Below, piece by piece: positions 12,601 to 24,600 of a DNA stretch of 64,000 nt (position 1 is its first letter; each line of letters starts with the position of its first letter). This stretch comes from Veleropilina oligotropha. Lineage: Eukaryota. Location of the stretch: the NCBI GenBank assembly GCA_048128005.1, contig JBEUKZ010000127.1, positions 248,001 to 312,000 of the forward strand, read 5' to 3'. Position numbers and translations under genes: made by a program. The notes below the pieces were generated by a model that saw only the letters and a program-made list of their open reading frames with translations, made no database searches and was not told the DNA's origin.

Positions 12601-15600
12601 TGAAGATCACTATTATGAATCCTTCCTGAAACTGTAGTGTTGATATTGAAGGAATTTACTTGAAAATTTATGGTTAAGGTACCAGGTTAAAGCTTCTACT
12701 TGAAGCATTTTTCCAAGTTTTGATGCTAAATTTGATGTTTTGACAAAGTTAAATGCTTGGATATCACTAGTAGATGCAATTTCATTAAAGATATTTTTAA
12801 ATTTTATTTTTTCAGAATATTTAATAGAAAATGACTTGGTTAATGTGCCGTGTTAAAGCTTCTGCTCCGTTGCATATTTGGTTAAGGTTCAGGTTAACGC
12901 TTCTGTTAACAAACTTAGCTCTATATGTATGCTAATAAATGAACAAGGGAATGTTCCTACATGCTGTAGTGGTATTATTGAAAGGAATTTGACATGTTTA
13001 ATGGATATTGGAGGGAATTTTGCATAAAATATCTTGGTTAAGGTGTTTGGTTAAAGCTTACATTTGGTATTAAATAGTTCATTTTTCATATGATGTAATG
13101 TTTAGTTTCTGTCTGTCTCTGACTACACGTACATCAAGGTGAGAGAGGTAACAGTTTGTGACACAATATCATCATGTATAGCTTTTATGTTGGAAATATC
13201 CAATGCATAATGATTTTGGAGTATCAACAGCATAAGCTTCATCAAATGGTCAATGTAAATTTACCTTCTATTTTTGCATATATAACAATTATTGCTCACA
13301 TGTGAATATTTATCAAGTTATATTGGTGGAGCGGGGCCCACTGTGATGGCACCCCATCACTTGTTATCTAGTTATAATTACAATTGCTCATTTCAAATGC
13401 AATCCGGGTATTTATGATTGGAAAATTACACATTCTTTAATATTGAGCAAATTAGGATCGAATAATGGTAGCAAAAGAATTGCAAGATGTTCATTACTCT
13501 TTTCTTCAATTTATTTTCTTTATTTTCACAGGAACAATTTCTTCAGGAGTTGAGCGATACTGTTATGGGAAATAAGCTAATATATGTTGAGGTAAGAATG
13601 TTATATACTTTTAGCTTTTCACAAATAATTATAAAAGGTTGGATACATTATTATATATTACTAGCTATGGTACCCGTCTTCGCCGGGCAAGTCCCCCCAC
13701 CCCAATTTTTTTTTTGTTTTTTTTTGGATAGTGCTCCCTTAAATAATTTTTTTTTTCCCGAATTTTCCGAATTTTTTTCGTGGTAAACCTTCCTTGGGGG
13801 ACCCCGATTAACCCCCCAAAGTTTGAAGGTCCTAGGTCAAAGCGTCTGGGAGGAGTTCAACTTGAAACATACAATTATAGCTCCATTATATTAAGATGTA
13901 CCGGGTATGCTTTTATTTGCACTGCTGTCTAATGGATCTACAATTGATCAAACTTCTGTACTGATAGATATATTGCTGCTCATTTTACAATCTTGAAGTA
14001 TTTCTGTATATGTACCGTATTTGTCTGCGGATAAGTCGATATTTTTTTCAAAATTTTGAATTCTCAAAGTTAGGCATGTTAGGGGGTAGTCTTATCTGCC
14101 GAACATATAATATTTTCATGTCGAATGTTGGATAGATCTACAAAAATGTACTGTTTTCAACTTTGTTAATTATGTAATTAATTATGATAACATGAAAAAG
14201 ATTATCGTGTCAACATTTAATACTCTGTTTTTTACAACATTTTAAACTTTATTAACTTTTATCTATAATACCAGATTGTCTTTGCAAAAACAATTTATTA
14301 TCCATAAACAATTGATTCCTAATAAGAATGAAACATCATGTGCATTGTTACAAAAGATCCGCAAGACAATAACAATGGTGCCCAATCCTATTCTATTGGC
14401 CTCATCGGCTTGTGCATTGTGTGTACTTTATTCTGGATAGTTAATCGAGATCGCGATGTCAGGGGACCTTAATGGGTGACAATTATCAGGAGTTGAAATT
14501 CAAATTTGACACTGCCGGTCCACGGACAAGCTAGTGAAAAAACTGCCGGTCAATATGAACATACTGCCGGTCAAAATGTTGTCAAAATATTTTTTATCGG
14601 TGCAATATTATTAAATTTCGTATTTTTGAAGTTAATTTACTAAATTGTCATGTAAATTAAGCATATTGTACCCGTTACTAAAATAAAACTACTGAACAAA
14701 ATATTGTTTCTTACTTTAATTACTGTTATTACTCGCCAGTCTCGTTTTTTGTGCTAGCGTCAGGCATGTCTGCCACTTTGCCTTTGCTTATAAAACCGAA
14801 TGCCATAAGACCCGCCATTTTGTAAACACGTTTCGAGGGGAGTTCGCATTTTTGGACGACAAATAGTTGTATGAAAGTAAGCGCAATTACTCAATAAATT
14901 TCGCAAAATACACGTTTAAACTGGTTTCTAAATAATATCATCAAATTAAAGATAATAATAATATATATATATTATTATGCGAACTGCTCATAAACAGTGA
15001 GGTGGTCAAACTCGTAAATTATTTTTCCCGCATTCAAGTCTGTGCATTCCGTAAGCAAATCAACGATCGATGAAGTAAACGGTGCGAGATTTAACACCTG
15101 TGAAATTCGCGATTGTTCATTCGATAAAGACGTTTAACTTTGGTGATGTGATTAAGCGTACAGTACAGCATAAGTTTATTAACACACAACCAGATATATA
15201 TAACAAATATATGCGCTAGATAACAACAGTGGGGATTTTGAATGAAATAATCTTATTTTACACACATGCGTGTCCGGCGATGTATTCATTTGCCGTCGGT
15301 CACAATGACCGATAGCAAATATTATTTGTCGGTCAAACTCGTATTGTTGCCGGTCATGAGCGGCATTTAATAGCTAATTTCGAGGCCTGATTATAATAAA
15401 TAGCATTGTACATATGCCAACTTCTAATACAGTGGAACCCACTTAATTGCATATCGCTTAATTGCATAATCCGGTTATTTGCATATAATCTCTGGGAACA
15501 GAATATTTTACTATTATTATCATATGCAAATATTCGGTTAATCGCATGGATAATTATTCGATTCCCACTTATTTGCATAAGAAATTTTCGACAAAACAAT

Positions 15601-18600
15601 ACATAATTGATAATAAAATCGCTAAAATTGATCAAAATACTTGCGTATTTCCCAGTATGTCTTGCTACGCCATCGTAAAGATGTTTATTCAACAGTAACA
15701 TTCGAAGTTTGAACCATTTCTGCAACCTCGTGGGTTCCAAAATAATTTTACTTCCGGAAAAAGTCGGAACTGAAAGTTCCGTAAACATCGTTTCAGTGCA
15801 GAAATGTTACGGAAATGAGCGATGTCAGTCGGTGAAATTATCGATCGATAAAGTGAAGAAGGCCCAGCGTTGTGTCGGCATCAAAAGGGATATTTGTGGT
15901 TTGCTAAATTAGGTCTATAAACGATGGCCTTTGTCTGATTTTTGAAGTTGCGAAGTCACACACCGTGACACGATAAACGGATTTAAAATCTATTGTCCCA
16001 AATCCAAATGACACAACTGTTGAGTTTATTTGAACGCAAAATCGAAGATTAGGCTTATGAATCAAAGTAAACGGTGTCGTTACATCTATTCACACGAACA
16101 GCACTTAGTTCGCCGATAAATTACATAATTCTAAGACAACAACAACATTTGTAACAATTAAGACGACCGATCCTACAAAGTGAGAAGTATTATCTCTCCT
16201 GATTTAGTTTTTGAGAATACGTATCCTCGTCGTTGCCGCTTGCGAACTATGATGAATTAATTATTATATTAATTTTATATGAAGACAACGTCTTATGTTT
16301 TTTATATCAAATCATAATATACTGTAATAATTAAATCTTGCCAGAAATAATTATTCAATAACTGTAAACAACAATCGGTTCGAGATTAAAACAAAGGCTA
16401 ATTTTTCAACATGGCGGCCAATAACGCGACACGTGTTCAGTAGAAGAGAAACGTTCTGAAAATGAATTTCTACACCATAGTAATGTATGAAATGCGACGA
16501 TACGGTTTCGAAACCTATATCAATTCTACTGAAACAGGCTAATCACCTTCAGGTCAGAATAACCACAAAATATTGTGTATACAATCCGTATTTATCATTT
16601 TATGGAAGGAAAAATACATTTAGTATGATTTACAAATAAATTTATTACCAGAACATATTTATAATAACAAACTATTTTAAATACATGTAACAAGTAATTA
16701 TCGTCGATGATTCCCGGCAAAAAATAATTTTCGAAATTTACCGATTTGGTTCAAACGGTTAAACGCATAATCCGGATAATCGCATAAATAATCGCGACAA
16801 TGTCGCTATGCAAATAAGCGGGTTCCACTGTACAACGTGTACATTAAATGTTATACCCCGTTCCGACCCTCCGCTCTTGTAGACCATCTGACCTTTTGAT
16901 GTCAAGCAGCGTTCCATCTCAGGGGACCTAATGGGTACACGTTTGCAAACACATAAACATATCGCTGAGTTTCTGACTAGAGAAACTGACATGCAAGTGA
17001 TTTCCCTGTTGCTGGACCTCGCGCACTGACGTTTTGCAGATTTGCTGAGTGTTATCCAATGAGAAACGTCTTAACATGCTATCATCTTGAATGATTGGAA
17101 GCAGTTAATCTTATTAAGTTGACATCTTTACAAATGTTTTTCCTATGCACAGTGCTTCAAACAAAAGAATGTAATTGTCGCAGGATGGATTCTACTATAG
17201 GCCTACTACATATTTAATTTTATTCAACAAAGAATTTTAAGATAGATTCACAAATGCGATAATGCCATTGTATTGAACCACGGTCGGTCTAATCAAGAAT
17301 TATTAGGCTATCCAGAATCATAATTAAATGTACCGGTACGTTAGATTTAATACCCCACTATTAAATATATTTACAGACAAGCAACAATTCAAATCAATAT
17401 TACCATATAATGCTGAATATGACAGCAATTTATTGTCAACATATCACAATCAAGTGTTGAAATTTTGTCGACGGTTGAAATCAGAAAGTCGGCCCCCGAC
17501 TTATCTCCGCGACATGCAAAAAGTTGTAATTCTAAAGACGAAAGTTTGGGGGTCTACCAATCCGCGAAGGCGGCCAATACGCGGACAAATACGGTATGCA
17601 TTATTATTGGATTTATTTACAACAACCTAAAAAGTTTTAATCACAGTTATTGAGAGCCTTTAATTAAAGGTCACTACAAGAGCATTTTATAATAAATTGA
17701 ATCAATGAATTGTTATTAACTATGGATTATTTTTTTACAAATCTAAATTTCTAGTATCAATTGAGGCCTAATTATATATAATTAATAATGTAGAACAACT
17801 GAATCAAGCTTTGCATAATTTTCTCTCTATTGCTGATTCCATTCCTGTAACCTATATATCATTTTCTTATATTGCTTAATATATAAACATTTTCTATGTA
17901 CTTACTCAAACATAATTTTTGTCTCCTGTGGCAAATGGTAGCTAGAATTTTTTTTTGCATTTATACATGGATTTTTCTTTTTAAATTAGTGCATTTTCAA
18001 GATTGACCCTGACATCTCAAGCTACTATCGTGGACAGATGCAATATGGGTTGAACTTTATTGCTGTGTCAGAAAACAGCAAGGATGAAGGGTAGGATCAG
18101 CACCTGTAATTATGGTTAATAATTCGACATACATTCTTTGTGTTAATAAATTGAAAATTAATATGCTAAAGGATATAATTGACTACACTCAATAACAAGA
18201 TATAATTGACTACACTCAATAACAAGATATAATTGACTACACTCAATAACAAGATATAATTGACTACACTCAATAACAAGATATAATTGACTACACTCAA
18301 TAACAAGATATAATTGACTACACTCAATAACAAGATATAATTGACTACACTCAATAACAAGATATAATTGACTACACTCAATAACAAGATATAATTGACT
18401 ACACTCAATAACAACGCAACATGTTATGATCATAACTGTTAATTTAAAATAATATCTTCTGTACATGTGCGTAGCCTGACAGGTTCACGATCACAAAATA
18501 TTTTTGGATCCATTAAGGTTGACGATTTTCTTTTTCTTACAGACTTTCTAGTTTTACAGAATTTCCCATGGCTTTGTTTCATGAGGGAGTATTTCTGAAG

Positions 18601-21600
18601 AAGTCCATGGCTGAAGCGTATATGTCTGTGTTTGCTGCGACAATTGACAGTGGTGATAGTCTGAGACCTCCCGCCTCTCGATCGCAAACCGCTGGTAATA
18701 AAAATGAACTGGCATGCAATAACTTAATTATCACTGTCAAATTGTTAATTAGAAGACCCTAATGGAATAAGTGCATAAGTCACATCTTGTACAAGTAGAG
18801 ATATCGCTATTTAAAAATTTGTTCCTGCCCACCAAATAAAGTTTACATGTATAACTCTGATATTTTATTGTTATTATATTGTATGTTAACAAACAATATC
18901 AGGAGTATGATTAGATTGATAATATGGCTAGTCATTTGGTCATTGTAGCCATCGTTACAATGTTAACTGCAATGGACTTGTGTACTTTTCTCCTGAAATA
19001 TCAAAACTATGTGCAATTAGATATTGTATCTCCTCTCAGCTTTCAATATAAAGGCAAGTGTTGTGCTTTGTAATCCTATATGGGGATGATATGATATTTA
19101 TAATCTATTAATTTGTACGTGTTGGTCATAATGTAATTTCAGTTCCTGAAACTCCACAGAGTCTCCATCGACGCTTTTCTGTTGCTCAAGATCAAGACGA
19201 GTCCGCGATACACAGACACGTATACGCTCAGATCAAGCATATCCGGCCCCGGATGGTTCGTATTGACGGCTTCCGCCTCGATGATAATGAAGAATCTGGT
19301 CCTTATTCCTGGCACATCACGTCTCCAATAAAGTAAATAGAATTAACGGCATTAATGATAATCATCCTCCACAAATGCTAGAATTTCATGGATTTGTTTA
19401 ACTACTTGATTTTTGGTGATTACATGATTACGTATTACAGAGACAGTCATTCATGAAATGAAATTGCAGTATCTATGATTTTCATTTAAAGAAACAGACT
19501 ATTGCCCGTAAATGCACTCTTTCTTTTTTTAAATGAAAACTAACCGCATTACACTTTTTGTTTATAACATAAAAAGTTAGGAATTTTCAACACTCTACTT
19601 TTGTCAGTAATTTGTTTAATTACCTTGCACCGAGTGTATTTTCAATTGACCTAGTTGGAGCGCAGTTGCGTAGGTTTCTGCTCGTCAAGTAAGATAGCTT
19701 TCTACTTGACAATAACATATATTGCCCAGTTACAATAATACTTTCAATAAACGTCTATCATTTAATCATATATCGATTATATCTTTGCGAAATTTGTATC
19801 AATCTGCGCGAACCGTCCGATAGAAGGTGATCAGTCGTGCTACACAGTCACAAAAATAGCGCATTTACGGACAATACTTAGTCTCTTTAAATGTCTACTA
19901 GACAAAGTGCAGTCATGTTCTGTTCTGATTTCATCCTCATATGTTATTCTAGTTTCTAGGTCATGTTTGGTTTGGTTTAAATTTTAAATACCTTCAAGGT
20001 CATGTTCATATTAATACTGTGAGAGGAAAACCTGATTTACCTGAAAAAATAATCGGTTCTGGAAAGTTATGGACGACTGTGATTGCTAATTGAATAAAGT
20101 GACTTGGCTCATGAACAAAATATGCGCTTTGTGTTTTTCCAATGAATATATCTTCAACACAACCTCCAGGTCTCATCTGCAGAAGAGCATCGCTGCAAGC
20201 CATGCAACAGAAGACTTCTTCGAAATTGTTCACTCCATAATTATCCTGGCTCTTATCGATCGGTGAGTATACTCAGTTAAAAGCTCAATTAAGCTAATTA
20301 GTCCGAAGTTTCCGTCCATATCACTTGACATGTTCTTTTCTTCAGTGATGGACAATACTTCTTGAACAATATTGTATTTTATTTTTTGTTTCCAATCCAT
20401 GTAATATGATCAATTATTATCAAAATTATTTATGCTTAGATTTCGCGTTTTTCACTTAAACGTGCTATAGCTACCAAAATCGCAAACTATTATTACTTTA
20501 AATATTTATGCAGAGATTAGTTGTGATGTGTATACAACAAATTGATCTTAATCATATATTCAGAATAAATGTCCTTTCCTGCTCATAAGTTTTATCTTCA
20601 TGTGCGGATCCCACTTTTACGTAAAAAGTGGTCGGGAGTCATTCACATGTCCTTAGATATATATAAGTTGGCCTGATCGGATATTACCAAAAATGTATGA
20701 TCCAGATTGAGATATGACTGGATATCTGCTAATACGTGTCTTAAAACAAACACTTTAATTTAACAATGCAATCAAACATATGTTATTTTGAATTTTAAAT
20801 TTCAATTGCCTCTCTTAACTGTAGACAGACAGTGAGTCCCATATTTAAATAAATATTTGTTATACTTTTTACAGAGGCTCATATGGCCTAGACCTTCTGC
20901 TTGAGGCATACAAAGTCCTTCATGGAACGGCTGGGCAGTTGAATGCACTCATGGAGCAAAATAAGGCAGTCCAGTCCATGGTCAAGGCGTTTGCTAACGT
21001 AAGATTGAAATATTATGCATTTCACTCATGATTTCACTGCTGATGCAGGTTTCCGGACCTGGTATAATTTTTATGTCTTGACCTTTTTGACAAAAATGGA
21101 CAAGACATTATCAAATGGTCCATGTGTATATACATATATACTTATATATAAATATATATATATCCGCTGATTTTCTCGAAAACTACTGAACCAATTAACC
21201 TGAAAATTGGTACACACATTCCCAAGATTATTTGTAGGTCGTGTATATAACTTTCGCGACATAATTTTGCAAAAATATGCATTTATAAGGCACTTTTTTT
21301 CATATTTGTATATAGCGTATGTCTAATATTGCAAGCAAAGAGCAATGACGTCATTACGACGTCGCTTTAGATTAATCATCATTTGGTGACGTCACAATCG
21401 ACGGGGTAGAAAATTAAGCCATGAAAGCTTGCACTTATATAGCCATTGTAACGTTATAACTGTTATTAAAATTTGACGGAAATAAAGAAAGGTCAAGACA
21501 TATTCCGAATGCGTCGTTCTTGTTTTATATTCATTTGCCATTGTAGTGTAATTTAATGACACAATATTTAATTTTTTATGACACTGGTTATTTTTATCAA

Positions 21601-24600
21601 TGTTTAACGATGCATAAATGGCTAAAATTCAGTTAAATATTCCAAATTCAGTTGTCATTTATCATTTTGTAAGTGTTAACAATTGGTCTTATATTTCTAA
21701 AAGATGTTCAATCTTTTCTATCCCAATTTTCAGCGATCTGAGGTGGCGGTTGTTGTTGGGGAATCCCTGCAGGAATATAAAGCTGCCGTGGAAACGGTAC
21801 TCTTAGATGAGCTGTAAGTTACATAATTGTATGTGGTTATTCAACGGACATATTAATTAAGACTGAATAAGTGCTAGCATGGTCGTTTTAGATCATTGAA
21901 AGTTCAAGTATTGAAGCTTTCGTCCTCGCTGAGGACTTGATCACCAATGACGCTAGTGCTGTTGTTATGTGAAGTCACGCTTGGGCGTGTACACGTGACT
22001 TCAGGATGTTCGTCCACAAGCTGGGAAGTTGGTGCCGTCCGCCGTCTCTGTTAAGGGTTGGCTCTCTCACCCGGATGTGTATTGCCTCCTTGATGCCCTT
22101 CTCTAACCACCGACTCTCCACCGTGAGGATTTTAGCCTGATCAATGTTGTCCTTATGACCAGGTTCATCAATGTGTAGATGGCGAGATACTTCTGAGTTG
22201 ATGCTTCTGGGTCTTTTATGTTCTTGAAAACGGACCTTTAAAGATCGTTCGGTTTCTCCTATGTAAGATGCGGCACAATCGCTACATGGTATGCGGTAAA
22301 CAGGAGCGCGGCACAATCGCTACATGGTATGCGGTAAACAGGAGCGCGGCACAATCGCTACATGGTATGCGGTAAACAGGAGCACGGCACAATCGCTACA
22401 TGGTATGCGGTAAACAGGAGCGCGGCACAATCGCTACATGGTATGCGGTAAACAGGAGCGCGGCACAATCGCTACATGGTATGCGGTAAACAGGAGCACG
22501 GCACAATCGCTACATGGTATGCGGTAAACAGGAGCGCGGCACAATCGCTACATGGTATGCGGTAAACAGGAGCGCGGCACAATCACTACATGGTATGTGG
22601 TAAACAGGAGCGCGGCACAATCGCTACATGGTATGTGGTAAACAGGAGCGCGGCACAATCGCTACATGGTATGTGGTAAACAGGAGCGCGGCACAATCGC
22701 TACATGGTATGTGGTAAACAGGAGCGCGGCACAATCGCTACATGGTATGCGGTAAACAGGAGCGCGGCACAATCGCTACATGGTATGTGGTAAACAGGAG
22801 TGCGGCACAATCGCTACATGGTATGCGGTAAACAGGAGTGCGGCACAATCGCTACATGGTATGTGGTAAACAGGAGTGCGGCACAATCGCTACATGGTAT
22901 GCGGTAAACAGGAGTGCGGCACAATCGTTACATGGTATGCGGTAAACAGGAGTGCGGCACAATCGCTACATGGTATGCGGTAAACAGGAGTGCGGCACAA
23001 TCGCTACATGGTATGTGGTAAACAGGAGTGCGGCACAATCGCTACATGGTATGTGGTAAACAGGAGTGCGGCACAATCGCTACATGGTATGTGGTAAACA
23101 GGAGCGCGGCACAATCGCTACATGGTATGCGGTAAACAGGAGTGCGGCACAATCGCTACATGGTATGCGGTAAACAGGAGCGCGGCACAATCACTACATG
23201 GTATGCGGTAAACAGGAGTGCGGCACAATCGCTACATGGTATGCGGTAAACAGGAGCGCGGCACAATCACTACATGGTATGCGGTAAACAGGAGCGCGGC
23301 ACAATCGCTACATGGTATGTGGTAAACAGGAGCACAAATGTTGGCTTTGGGCGTCGTATCCTTCAGTCTGACCAGTATTTGCCGTATGGTATTGATGGGT
23401 TTAAAGTAGGCCGGGATGTTGTGCACAACACTACACTAGTAATATTGAATATAATTTAAATATTTGCTTTCTTCATGATTAATCCAAGGTCCTAGAATAT
23501 TATATTTATATTACTGTGATTGCTTCTAAGAACTCCAGATGTTTTAATTAATGTATGGCTACTATATAATTATGCAATATGTCATGCGAGCCATATCGGC
23601 TTCGACGTATTAGTTAAATTATAAATGTGAATAGTAAAATAATGGCACTAAACAACTCACTTTTTAAAACTATAGTTGTTCATTGAGCTCAATCGCGGAA
23701 ACCACTGACAGCAGGCATCTCAAATTTTAACAAGTGACAGAGGCGGACATAATCAACTGCACTATGGATTAAGTTTTTGTCTAAAAGGAACTTATTTCTG
23801 CACCAAAGTTAAAATGCTCGAGAGATTGCAATATTTAAATTAAATCTTTGTTTACAAGTACAGTCACATAATTTACAACGATCTACCATTCTTGAAAATT
23901 TATTGCAGTTAAATTTAGGTGAATTAGGAAAGCATTTCAAATTTGTCAGATCATAAAATTGTGCCGATCATTGATAATGAGTAATTTTGAATTGGATTGT
24001 ATCAATGTTTAATGTCCTGTATATTTACAGCCATCAGGTTCAATTAAAGCAGAACATGTCCATATCGTCGCGGAATGAAAGCCCGGCCACCAAGAGAAAC
24101 CCATCCTCTCCTACCAGATACAGACAACTGTGATTTATGACTGAATAAATAATGCCAATATCCCAACCGAGATTCGAACACACTACTGTTTGTGTTAGCA
24201 GAATCGAGCCAGTGGCAGAGTCTGCAACCGAAACTCCCTCTTAGTATTACCTTCAAATTAAAAGTAACTGCCTACTGGACAAAAATATTAAATGATAGAA
24301 ACTTGTCACACCAAAGAGCTTGCAAATACAACCCACTCAAATAATTTCCACGCTACTTCTATACATCTTAATATAATAATAATTGTGTGTGTGTCTGTTT
24401 CAAGTTGTACTCCTCCCAGACGCTTTGACCTAGGACCTTCAAACTTGGGGGGGTTAATCGGGGTCCCCCAAGGAAGGTTTACCACGAAAAAAATTCGGAA
24501 AATTCGGCAAACAAAAAAAAAATTGCTATATATCTTCATATAATCTTAATATAATAATGGAGCTATAATTGTGTGTGTGTCTGTTTCAAGTTGTACTCCT

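Larger units (their letters stand above)
14015..17594. mobile_element. TA-flanked Tc1/mariner-pogo-type MITE expanded by nested insertions
   Basis: ta-ccgtatttgtctgcg ... cgcggacaaatacgg-ta. Confidence 0.7.
21905..23422 (-). mobile_element. 5'-truncated Penelope-like element (GIY-YIG endonuclease plus 3' hammerhead-like motif)
   Basis: [30 protein letters not shown]...KEAIHI...PTLNRDGG; upstream linker [14 protein letters not shown]. Confidence 0.9.

Noticed and set aside
20346..20373. Extra micro-exon (DGQYFLNNI)
   Set aside because: Good acceptor, but it would end in phase 0 while exon 20875 needs phase 2; the direct join keeps frame and alignment.
22270..23333. CRISPR array (also the 27-, 40- and 43-bp arrays)
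   Set aside because: Units are contiguous with no unique spacers, there are no cas genes, and the context is a eukaryotic intron.
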